Shown piece after piece: positions 10,901 through 22,100 of a stretch of DNA of 64,000 bases. Positions within the stretch are counted from its first letter, which is position 1. The number at the start of each line of letters is the position of its first letter. The notes below the pieces were generated by a model. That model saw only the letters and a list, made by a program, of their open reading frames with translations. It did not search any database and was not told the origin of the DNA. The position numbers and the translations under genes were made by a program. Source of the DNA: Klebsormidium nitens (lineage: Eukaryota; Plantae; Klebsormidiophyceae); NCBI GenBank assembly GCA_000708835.1, contig DF236963.1, positions 62,001-126,000 on the forward strand. Reading direction: 5' to 3'.

Positions 10901-13900
10901 AGCACCGGGCAGTACGACGCGTTCAGCCAGCGGAACTCGTCCACGCTCTCGATCTCGATCGCCGCGGGCGCGGGCGGGTTCTCGGCGAACCACATCTGGA
11001 ACGCCGCCTTGTTGAGCCCGTCGGTGACGATGTGGAACACGTGGCGCTCCGGCTCGATCGCGTTGGTGATCGTCGAGTTGACGACGACCGCGGCGGCGAG
11101 CACGTTGTCGGAGAAGAGCGCGTAGTGGAACAAGGAGGGGTCCTGCGCAGAGAGAGATGTGACGTCAACGAGAAAGTAGGGATGACGTCAGCAGCAAGTG
11201 AAGCTGGAATGAGTTGGGTTGATGACGACCGCGGCGGCGAGCACGTTGTCGGAGAAGAGCGCGTAGTGGAAGAGAGAGGGGTCCCTCGCAGAAAGAGTGG
11301 TGACGTCAGCGGGCGTTGTGTTGACGTCAGCAATGGGCTAGTAGAAATGAGTAGAGATAAGTGAAGCTGTGTAAGGTTGACTCGAGTTGACAACGACCGC
11401 GGCGGGCCAGGACGTTGTTGAAGAAGAGCACGTACTGGAACAGGGAGGAGATATGAAACATGACGTCAGCAGTGGGTAAACGGAAGCGAAATTGAGTCGA
11501 GTTGATGACGACCGCAGCCGCGAGGTTGTTGTTGGAGAAAAACGTGTAGTGGAACAGGGAGGGGTCCTGAGGTAATATGAGACGTGACGTCAATATGAAG
11601 TAAGCAGTGGATGAACGGAAGCGAAGATGACGTGGGTTAACGACGGCCGCGGCTGCGAGGACGTTGTCGGGTCGAAAAGCGCTGGAAAAGAGCCCTTAGT
11701 GGAACGGCGAGGGGTTTGCGCAAGAAGAGCAGTGACGTCAGCAGGAGTTGGGATGATGTCAGCGGTGGGTTCTTGGAGGGAAATGAATTGAATCGATGAC
11801 CACCGCGGCCGCAAGGACGTTGTTGGAGAAGAGCGCGCGGTGGAACAGAGAGGGTTCCTGCACGATAAGAGCGGTGACGGCATCGAGAGTTGGTTTGATG
11901 TCAGCAGTTAGTTAGTATGAGTAGAAGGATCCGAGTTGACGACGGACGCAGCGGCCAGGTCGCTGTTGAAGAGCAGTTAGTAAAACAGCGAGGGGTCCTA
12001 CTCAAAATCAGGACGGTGATGTCAGCAGTGGGTTCTGGACGCAACAAATTGGCAGCTTTTTTGCACTGCACGAAAGTAAGGAGATGATTGTCAGCCAGGA
12101 GTCAAAACCGTCCAAAGTGGTCTCTGAAGAAGCTGCCTTCTGCCAAGTGGACCGACGCCCTACCAGTCGTTGATTGGCGGAGAAGCGCTCGGACCGAAGC
12201 ACTCATGCGAGAAGAAGCGGGCCGTCGAGCGCAGGACTACCCTCGAGCCTGCTCCAGCTGGGTTACGATCGTTCTACATACCAACGAGCCACTTTTTATT
12301 GACAAAACGAAAATGAAAACTGAGCACGGTCTGCGACGGCGATGACAGCCCAACCCTCACCTGGAATGCACGAAATGTTGATATGATTTCAGCAGCTTTT
12401 CTACCGAGAGAAACCAAACAAAGCATCGAGCCCATGACTTGCCTCAAGCCTGCTCCGGTCGGGCAGCGCCAGTTTCTGGTGCGGCGCGGCACTGCTGTGG
12501 TCGACGGTGAGGCGCTGCGAGAGGCAGTGCAGGCCCTTGGGCACCGTCTTGGCCGCCAGCTGGCTCAGGAACGCGCTCTGCCGCTTCAGCGTCTTCACCT
12601 GGTCCTCGGCGCCCTGCGGGGTGACGTCATCACGTCAGAAAGATGACGCGGTCTGCCTCTTGAAAATTGAGATGCGCTTTATGTCTCTGAGGTAATTTGG
12701 ATCTGCAGGCTCGGTTCAGGAACGCGCTCTGCCGCTTCAGCGTCTTCACCTGGTCCTCCAAGCCCTGCGGGATGACGTCATCAAGTCAATGCGATGACGT
12801 CACAAGCAAGCAGTGGGATGTAGCTTTCTTCTGAGTAGAGGGTTTCAGGTGCTGGAGCTCAAATTCGCAGGTTTTTTCAAATCAGGAACGCGCTCTGCCG
12901 CTTCAGCGTCTGCACCTGGTCCTCCGCGCCCTGCAGGGTGAGGTCATCGTGTGAGAAAGGATGACACACTATGCAAGTTCAAATCGCTGTACGTGATCGA
13001 GTGATCGGGCTTCGACTCGCAGNNNNNNNNNNNNNNNNNNNNNNNNNNNNNNNNNNNNNNNNNNNNNNNNNNNNNNNNNNNNNNNNNNNNNNNNNNNNNN
13101 NNNNNNNNNNNNNNNNNNNNNNNGAGGTCGATCGGTGTAGAGAAAGGATGGACACGACTAGTGCAAGTTCAAATCGCTGTACGTGAGTCCGAGGTGACTC
13201 GGGCGTTCGACTCGCAGGCTTGAGGAACGCGCTCTGCCGCTTCAGCGTCTTCACCTGGTCCCACCTTGCGGGGACGTCGTCGAATCAGAAAGATGCCGCC
13301 TCATGCGCTCTATGTCTTAAGAATTGCTCTGCCTTCGGCTTCAATCTGCAGAATTGGTTTAAGAACTTGGTTCACGGCTTCAGCGGCTTTACTTGGATCT
13401 CCGCGCCCTGCTGGTAAGCATGACGAGGTTCCTTCTGCGTGGATGTATGTCTGTTGTTTCTTTCCAATCTTTGAAATTAAGATTCTGCTTTTCGGAGAGA
13501 ATTTTTCAGCGTCTTCTCGTGCTCTGCTCCTTCCAAGCAGCGAGCCACATTTAAGATGGTCCATCCTATCACCGGGGCTCGTGATGACGTCGACTTACGT
13601 TCTCACTGTCTTCGCCAGCTCAAGTATTTTGGCTGACAACCCGAAGCCTCCTAAGCAGATGCAGCAATTCTGGCCAGATTCCAACAAACAGGGCGACCAC
13701 TTAGCGGAGCTGCCCACCTGGACCATCGCCCTGAGATGCTTCACCATGGCCGTGCTCTCATAGTGGGCGTCCCGCGCGCGAGCGAGAAGGGCCCCCATGC
13801 CCCGCATGCGCTCGGTGGCCAGCCGGTGGAGGTCCGCGTCGACTGCAATCATTTAGCAGTTTCTTTCGTCAGAAGGCTTGTGAAGTTGGCAAACCAAAAG

Positions 13901-16900
13901 GCTGAGATTTCTTCATTGGCCGCATTTAGATGTTCAGTTGTGTGCCTTCTGTGACCGTGGATGTGGAAGCAATCGTACGCCTAAGTTCTCAAGGGACCTC
14001 CATCAAATGTGGAGGAATGAGAGGGAAAGAAGGCACGAAAGGATGATCCTGAGCGCTTTTACCACAATGAGGCATGACGAGAGTGCAGGAAAGCCGTCTG
14101 TAAAGCCGATTCAACACCAGAATCCAGATTTCCGTACCTACGAGCTGCGCTCCATGTTGGTTCAAGAGTCCGCTTCATCTTCGAGCCCACAGTAACTTCC
14201 GCTGAGCTTAACCTTCCAGACGTTTGAAGTCTCTCGTCCACTCAACCTCCCAAAGAAAACACTCTTTCCGAGCTTTTTTTTCTTTCTTTTTTCCAATGTG
14301 GCCGTTGCAAGCGCGCTTCATTTTGATTGAGCAGTGCGGAACAATCCACTCGAAACATCGGACGAGGCGGACAGAGTCGAAGTGTGCAGTTGTACATTCT
14401 GGCGGATGCCGCCCGCTTGACAGCCTACGCACACTTTGACTTCTCAAACGACGTGCTCCTTCCAGTCCCAGCTGCTGCGAAAAACCCACCTGTCGCTTCC
14501 GCCAGCATCCGCTGCAGCTCTTTCCGTTTCGCCCGCAATTGACGTGCCAGCTGCTGATCCCCTCCCTGTTGAGCCAGCAACGTATACGCCCGCGCCATGA
14601 TCACTTGCTCTTTCATCAAGTTGATCAAGCGGTCCGATCCCTCCCCGCCCCCCTCCTGCCACGTGGCAAGCTGGTCCGACACGGCGTCCGAAGCCGGGTC
14701 GTCGTCCGGGGAGCCGTCCGACACGAGCTGCTGCAGCCGCTTGCTCTGGGAGTGGCGCACGCCCTGAGACAGGATTAAATGTTTGCTGTCAGGACGTACC
14801 TGTGCCTGACCAAGTCTTAACCCCTTCCTCGCGCAGGTGTCGTCAAAGGGGTCGTGCTAAGCTACCGCAACCTCGTCGCAATACGTCGTCCTAAACTGAG
14901 CAGTACAAGAGGATTGTGGCCAACCGGTCGAGCCTCCCATTGGACGTTCATGCGCGGACGGTCAAGACAGCCTTCGTTCAAATCGTCCATTTAAGCTGCT
15001 GCTGCCCTTGGACGCGACTCTTAGGAAGACAAATGAGGGATTGACAATCTATGGATGTGGGGCACCCAAAGGTTTCTCTAGCAAGGTGATTGAAGCTGAT
15101 CACGGGCTGTACTTTTATGCTGAAGGCTTGGATTTGACTGTCGACGATGCAGTCTGCTTGCTCTGGCAGAAACGCACCCCCTCAGTGAGAATTTTGTTCG
15201 AGGAATGTGGACTGCCACATCTCCGCGAATTGACGCACGTGTGTACAGAAGTAAGCTTTGAAGAGTCGTTTCCAGGCTGGCTTTGAAAACGTTGCAATCC
15301 GGAAAGCAAGCTTACCGGAAATGAAAAGACACCCGTTGGGTGGCCGACCGGATAGCAGACAGATGCGCTTCAGCAGATTGGTCGTTAACGTCTAATATAC
15401 AAAGGTTTAGTAAGCCTCTGATATCAAAGGTTTGCTTACAGTTGCAGTTCGCCAGCTTCCGGAATCTGGACAAGATAATCGTTCGTTTCCGAAGTTGCAT
15501 TTGCAACTGACGCTACTGGCAAGAGCCGACCCTTCTTCCAAGCAACGTAAACGGAAAACGAATGAAGGTAAATGCATGTTTTCACACTTCAATCGACCCA
15601 CTATCTTCCATCATTCTCAAAACCTAGCAAATGCAAACGAGAAACTCCTTTAAAGCACCTAGTCGGAAGAAACCAGAATCAGGAACGGCTGCGTCCCTGG
15701 AAAACTCGGCTTCGCATTTCCCACCTCGTTTCCGCCCTGCCCCCCCTCCAACTCTTCCAGTCCCCGGCCGCTTTTCCCGGACCCCCGACCTCCTCCCTTC
15801 AGCCCGCTTTCGAGGCCGTCAGAGGTGGCCGGGTCGTGTCCCCAGGCGCCGCCGTCGCCGGGCAAGTGCGAGTCCCCACTCGCAATCCCAGTGACGTCAC
15901 CCACGCCCTCTCCCAACAATTGAACCTCCGTGTTTTCTGCATTTGCAGCGAGTGCCTCAGAAGTAAGTGCGGAGAACTTTGAGATTGCGAGACTGGCCAG
16001 GTCGTGAGAGAAGGCATGTATGTGCCAGGGCATGTCAAAGCATCGTTCTAGACCTTGAGCGTAACTCTGGAGACGATGTAGCTGCATGACGAACCTCAGC
16101 CTCCAAAAAGTGAGTCATTAAGTGCAAAAAACGGGTAATAGAACAACGAAGAAACGAGATCGCTTCAAAAACGATATGCAGAACGCTTCAGACAAGAATC
16201 TAGCAGGGCAATGCAGAACCTCACCGTTTCCATCGTCCGTGACTCCCTCTCCCTGTTCCCACGGCTCCGCAACCCTCACTTCCTGCACGTGGCGATTCTC
16301 TATACATTATGGACAAAGAGACATGCATAGTTGGGTCTGCGTTTGGGCATGCAGGGACTAGCCAGGTCTTGCAAGCGTGAAGTCAGAAAAGGCATCCAAT
16401 TGTCGGGGAGGAAGTCGAGACCGACTCAGCAATTGAAAATTGCTGGAATAAGAAGGATACTACCATTACTTGAGAAGCAATAAGAGCCCCAAGGCGTTGC
16501 TTCTCCTGACAAGCAACGCAGGGCTCTTGTTGCTTCAAGAAATAGTAGTATCCAGGATAGCAGGGACGGAAGGAGACAAGCTGGACGTACCAAATCGACG
16601 TGTGTGCACGCAACCACCTCTGCCTTCCGTCCTTCGAAGGACACTGTTAATGTAGGAAAAGGACCGACGCCTGTGTCAGGTTGTGGAAGTGGATACTTAC
16701 CCTTTGCCGTTTCCTGCTCGCCTTTCTCGCTTTCTTCTCAACCTGCACAAACTTGCACGATCAATTACGTTCTGTGGCAAGTGCTGCAAACAAGCGTTTT
16801 CCTGATTAACGGTTGATGCAAGAGCATGGCACGGAGGTTTCCAAAGTGCACAATTAAGTATGTACACTCAGCTCAAAAAGATTATATTGTGGGCCGCTGG

Positions 16901-18401
16901 GACAGGAGAAGAGGTGGAGCGATAAGGTCCACCTTTTTTGAGAGCCTAGGCAGTGGGTTTCCACGTTACAAAAGAGAAGCCTAGTTGAGGATGCCTGGGA
17001 TGGTACAGCCAAGCGAGGGGATCCCCCCTATTCCATCTTGCGCTTTCCCAGGAATCTTTCTCCCCGCAGAAACCGTTCTCATGGAGCTCGACAGGATGAT
17101 CGCTCCTGATTATTCTCCACGACGGAGAAAGCAGGGACCATGAAGCAGACTAGGATCTACAGGCCTCAATCGGTGCAGCTGCAATACTTGTTCAGGGGCC
17201 CTCCGAAACAAGTTTTGGTTTCGACTTCTTTCTGTTCTTTCCGGCTTGATAGGCAGACAGTAAACAACGCTCACCTCCCTCTTATATAATGTGGTCAGCT
17301 CTTGGGGGGAGCTCGTTTGTTCTATCCGCCCGCCCATAATCTGACCACCAGAAAAGAAGCGCAAGGGTCTGAGACATGGCCCTCTAGGAGAGTCAGCGGA
17401 GCTTTGAAGCAACAGACTGATGGTGTGATTGATCTAGCCAAAGCTTTGCATGCTTCAACCACACTTGTCCAAGGGCCGCTATATCGTTTTATGATGAGGC
17501 CCACAGTGATTGCAAAAATTGAGGACATTACACGATTAAACTAGTCAGCTTTTCTCTGCACACACTGTCTTTTTCCAGGTTGGAGTAGCTCGTTGTTGAA
17601 TTACTGAACATTGATAGATCTGTAAGTCTTCTGTGGGCCCGAAGCGCACATAACAACAGTAAGGCTGAGTCTCTCACCTGTGCGCCTGACACGCCAACAC
17701 CAAACTGGGGCCCTATAGATAAGAAAGGCACCTTTAAGCTGCTTTCGTTCCACTCAGATAGAGTGCACCCCAAAGCAATAGGGCTTTACCAAAGATGCTT
17801 GAGCTGCAAAATGATGCCCAGCTGAATAGCCTCTAGACTCTAATTGTGCATTCTGAAAGTATTTCTGCAAGGTTGATGCATGTCGACATAGATGTTGAAA
17901 CCCTTTGGTGCTGGCGGCAAGGGTTCCGGATGAGTGATCGCCACAGATGTTTTCGATGACCGTTCTGGTGATGTGTACTCATTATATTGTTGCTTGTGTC
18001 AAGCTTGCCCCGGCTGCTTGGAGGGAGATTGGGAGCTGGAAAGTGGTGCTGACTAACCTGAGCAGCTTGCCCCACCAGCTTTGCGGCTTGATCATTCCAA
18101 AACAGCTGGCTCATTAAGCTGACACACACCTGATCGCAGAGCCCTGAACATGTCACAATATTGTGGCAGCTTGCCTTTAAAAAATGTCCCCTGATCATCT
18201 TGCAATCCTGAAAACTCGCTAGAAAGGACCTCAGTTGCTGTACTTACCTGCTAATCCGTTCACATGAGGATTGATGCTCAGAGTCGAGCGGTGCGCAACA
18301 TAGGCCAGCGGGGTCAGCAGACAGAAGGCGATGACAAAGACAATGAAGAGCCATTGCGCAGGCTGCTGGTTCCGATGGGAGCTGCTGTATGACTTCCGCA
18401 T
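7998..18401 (-). CDS. GAUT: Galacturonosyltransferase, GT8 family, GAUT1-like clade
   Basis: Exons on the minus strand: 18248-18401 (MRKSY...WLFIVFVIAFCLLTPLAY, type II membrane anchor); one or more unresolved exons at 16.4-18.2 kb; 16225-16282; 15725-15936; 14490-14763; 13718-13842 (DADL...KHLRAMVQ); 12443-12613 (KRQSAFLSQLAAKTVPKGLHCLSQRLT); 10873-11142 (DPSLFHYALFSDNVLAAAVVVNST); 9847-9972 (KYRNPKYLSMLNHLRFYLPEVYPKL); 8406-8672 (ILFLDDDIVVQRDL, DxD motif); 7998-8273 (LWKLGTLPPGL...VIHWNGNMKPWL). Confidence 0.95.
8731..9560 (-). repeat. Intronic ladder of degenerate copies of the 5' end of GAUT exon 8406-8672
   Basis: Copies at about 8731-8830, 8905-8995, 9067-9130 and 9180-9265, with faint ones at about 9360-9435 and 9480-9560. 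Each resembles acceptor + (ILFL)DDDIVVQRDLTRLWDEDLRGNVNGAVETC. Confidence 0.9.
11221..12030 (-). repeat. Intronic ladder of six degenerate copies of the branch point/acceptor + 5' end of GAUT exon 10873-11142
   Basis: Copies at about 11221-11290, 11386-11450, 11495-11570, 11636-11720, 11793-11860 and 11932-12000, period about 140 bp. Each encodes a DPSLFHYALFSDNVLAAAVVVNS-like segment preceded by (c/t)tgacgtca. Confidence 0.92.
12717..13410 (-). repeat. Intronic ladder of copies of the acceptor + 5' end of GAUT exon 12443-12613
   Basis: Copies at 12717-12770, 12882-12935 and 13219-13268, plus a degenerate one at 13365-13410, of cag|GAEDQVKTLKRQSAFL. The array is interrupted by the N gap. Confidence 0.9.
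13023..13123. other. Assembly gap (101 N)
   Basis: Run of N bases; the two flanks carry near-identical sequence. Confidence 0.99.
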
Positions 18402-19185
18402 CTTTGCTCTGGCTTCCTGCTAGTGCTGCCAGTGGTGCATCATGAAGGACGCCGTGAGACGGAGCGGATTACAAAACCCTGATGAAAGCCCGACCAATGC
18501 ACCTGAGCGAATGGCCGCAAAAGGAACGTCAAACACACAGCTGCTGTATTGCTGCCTGTAATGGTCACGGCCTTTGATGCAAGTTGAAGAGAGAAGGCAC
18601 CTTCTGTCTTAATTGTCTCTGTGCTTCGGGCAACCTGCTGCAGACCATCACGCCACCATCAATGCATCATTGACGTCGCCCCAGCGAGCCTGGCAACTGC
18701 AATTCGACAACTGCAGCCGGCCCTGGCTTTGGCCTGAGCTCAGCAGAAATTTGACTAAGATTACGCCTGGTCATTTAAGTGCAAGATCGGACGGCTTATG
18801 TAGCTTACTTTGTCCCAGAGCTGCCCAGAGCCCTTGATGTTTCAGAATCTAGATTCTGAATCTTCCGCACAGGGGAGCTTTTATTGGCCAGCAAGGAAAG
18901 CTGCCACCTGGCTCCATCTGACTCCATGTTATGCCAGCATGGGATCTCCTTGCGCAAGCAAAGTTTAGCTCAGTTTAGCTTTGCACCGTGGAACTTGAAG
19001 AGAAGCATGCTGTACAATCCGGAAAAAAGTTCACCAAAGAGCTTCTGCAATACCTAGCTTGACAATTCCAAGGTCAATCCGTTGTTCTAATCGGATTTGG
19101 GCGGTACCCGAGTTCTGCTCAGGATTTCAGATAAAGTTCCTTCTGCTAGTATTAGAGCTCCTTCCCGCTATCTTCATCCGGCGCC

Positions 19186-22100
19186 ATGGCTCTTTCTAGA
19201 ACAGTTGATGGAAGAAAAGATGGTGCGGAGCATTTCGTGACATCTGTCTTTGGCTCTCGCTATGTCCGCAACAACCTGCCCAGGTGAGTGATAACTTGAT
19301 GTTGCATGCTATCATTGTTGATGCATGAGCTTATCAACAGGCTCAGAATTGATGGCAGGGTGGGACTAACGTTGATGGAGCAATGAGTGCAGCTTGTTGC
19401 AGCATACCTGATGCTTCATTTGGTGGTCCAATCAAAAGGGTTTCTAAACTCTGGCGGCCACTTTAAGGGTTGAAAGTGACACTGAAAGCTGCATTGACAA
19501 GTGTGGGATCTGGAGAGCAATTGTCAGGGCTTTCACCCTGAATTGCCTAAGACATTGCTCTATTCTCATGATTGTATCAGTCCTGCATCAAGTTTGTTTA
19601 CTTGACGTCTAATCGGAATCAATGCTGCAGGTACCGGATGCCTGAGGACGAGATGCCAAAGGATGCTGCATATCAGATCATCCATGATGAGCTCCTGTTA
19701 GATGGGAACCCCCGCTTGAACCTCGCCAGCTTTGTGACCACTTGGATGGAGGTGCGCTCCAAATCCCTACAAGGCTGCTTGAAGGACTTTTCGACCACTA
19801 GTGCATGCAGAATATCTTCTGTAATGCTCAGATGGACTCTCGAAAGAGTGTGCAATTATCACTTACACTGCTCTCTTGCTGCAGCCTGAGTGCGACAAGC
19901 TGATCATGGAGAGCCTTAACAAGAACTACATGTGAGCCGCAAGCTTGAGAAAGGGAGAGCCTGGAAACTGGATCAGAAAGCTCCACAGATCTGTTTCGAG
20001 CCCTCAGTATCATGTTACACGGAAATTGAGGAATTGCACCCGCATCTTGCTGTCCTTATTTGTCCAAAACAACATTCTGCTTTTTGTAGCTTCTGTGCTG
20101 GGTGCAGCTCACTTATAAGCCAGCGATTTTAGAACCCGCAGTGGTACACTGGAAAGGCCCTCTGTCACATCACCTACAATGCCATGTAGGGGCATTACAA
20201 TGGTTAGGCTCGCGTCATTATTTATTCTGTGCTCAAATCCGCCGTCCTTTGTGTTCCTGTCAGTGACATGGACGAGTACCCCATCACAACGGAACTTCAG
20301 GTAAGCTCCCCGCTTGCTTTTCCTCAGGTTCCCAGTATCTGAATTGCTTAAAGTCAATAGTTGGGGAAATTAGCAGAGTGACCTTTTTCTATTCAACTGC
20401 ACCTGCGCCTGCACTCAAGTGTCGGCCTGAACTCGTCAAGACAATTCCAGATGTGTCCTGATCAGCATTGCAAAGATATTGGAACTGATATTGGATCTGA
20501 ATGACGAATTGTCAAATGGCACTAATGCATCACAAATCCCAACATTTTGCTCGCAACTTGTCATTTCTGGCAGGATCGTTGTGTCAACATGATTGCACGG
20601 CTGTTCCATGCTCCCATTGGAGAGAACGAAACTGCGGTAGGCGCAGGCTGTGTTGGCAGCTCAGAGGCCATCATGTTGGCTGGTGAGCCCTTCGCTTGTC
20701 TCAGCAGATGCACTGGGAGTAACCACATTGACTCGCTGAATCGACGAATTGGCATTCAAGGCCACCTAGACCCCCTAGTAGGGACCGGCAGAGATAAGAT
20801 TCATATGCCTTGCTTCCTACTTAATGCGTGAATTGATGAATCGAATTGGATTGGATTGAAAACAAGCTTCCAAATGCATAGCTCGGTCACAGAAACCAAA
20901 TAGAAACATTCGCAATGCAAAGTCCATTTTGATTTTGACAGAAATGCTTCTGAAGCTGCTCACTTTTCAAGGTAGCTCTGGTCCAAGGAACATGTCAAAT
21001 CGTGGGAAGTGCTCAGTAAGATGGACCAATCAGGGTGAGATCATAAGGGTTTTAATCGTCGCAGCGTCCTGAAAATCGGTTTTTGAGCCACTCCCCCTTG
21101 CTGGCAGGCCTGGCTTTCAAGCGGAAATGGCAGCACAAGAGGAAGGCCGAAGGCAAGCCGTACGATAAGCCCAACATGGTGACAGGGGCCAACGTACAGG
21201 TGCGCATGTTAGAGGAGGTTTCCGGGACCTCGGTTTTGGTACTGTAGCGCACTTTCTGACTTGAACAAGATTGATGAACTGAACCGCAGTGTTCTACCCG
21301 TTTGCATCTGAAAGCGTTGCTGATGCAAAAACGGAATTATGCAAGATGCTGGATACCACTTGCTGGGAAGTTCGAACAGTTTATGCTATTTCTGCTGGAA
21401 CGCATCAGATTTGCACCTTTTCAGGCTTGATACTTATGGACCAAGTCCCGCTTTAATAGTCACTGCGCATTTTTGCCTTCTTGACCCTGCACAGAGTCTA
21501 TGCAAACCAGTGTAGGTTGTACTTCTTTTCTTGTGTCTTCTTGAATGTACCTTGTGTCTGACTTGCTGTGTCCCACTGTTTCGCAGGTGTGCTGGGAAAA
21601 GGTGAGCCTGCGGCCTGCAGCCAATCTCATATTTTTGAGCTCCAGCACCTGACATTAGTGAGACGTTTTGGGGGGGCTTGTTGTGTCCACCTCTTGCTGA
21701 CACACTCTGATAACAGCCGTGTTCTGGTTGGTGTACCCCTTTTCAATGCAAATACCCGTGCCGTTTCGTTTACATCCATTCCAAGCGTCATTGATGATTG
21801 TTCTTAGGATTGCTTGGCACTGAGCCGCCTCCCTACTTTGGAAAAAGTGCACCCCCGAAACCGAAGAAGACGAGTCGAAATCCCTTCGTCTTCCGCTGTC
21901 AACAAACGCATAGTATTTGATCACATCTAGATGCAGACTCCGGCGACCAATTGTTTGGGAAGATTTATTACGAATAACAGTCTGAAGTGTTTCTATCGCA
22001 CTTGAGTCTGAGATGCACTTGTAAGTTGTGTGGACTCAGTACACGGTTCGAATATCTTACTAAAGATGCTACGATTGAGAGACTCGAGAAAGGACATCTA

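Noticed and set aside
11221-12030. Repeat-spacer arrays resembling CRISPR (also 26170-26925)
   Set aside because: The repeats are copies of the adjacent eukaryotic exon junction, are 60-100 bp and degenerate, have related spacers, and there are no cas genes.
11160-12800. Many TGACGTCA palindromes as bZIP/CRE sites
   Set aside because: They sit about 20-45 nt upstream of real or copied AGs and read as (c/t)TGAC branch points duplicated with the acceptors.
3670-17028. Shared palindromic gaggggatccccc at 3670-3682 and 17015-17027 as transposon ends
   Set aside because: Only 13 bp, 13 kb apart, with no extended inverted repeat, target-site duplication or transposase.
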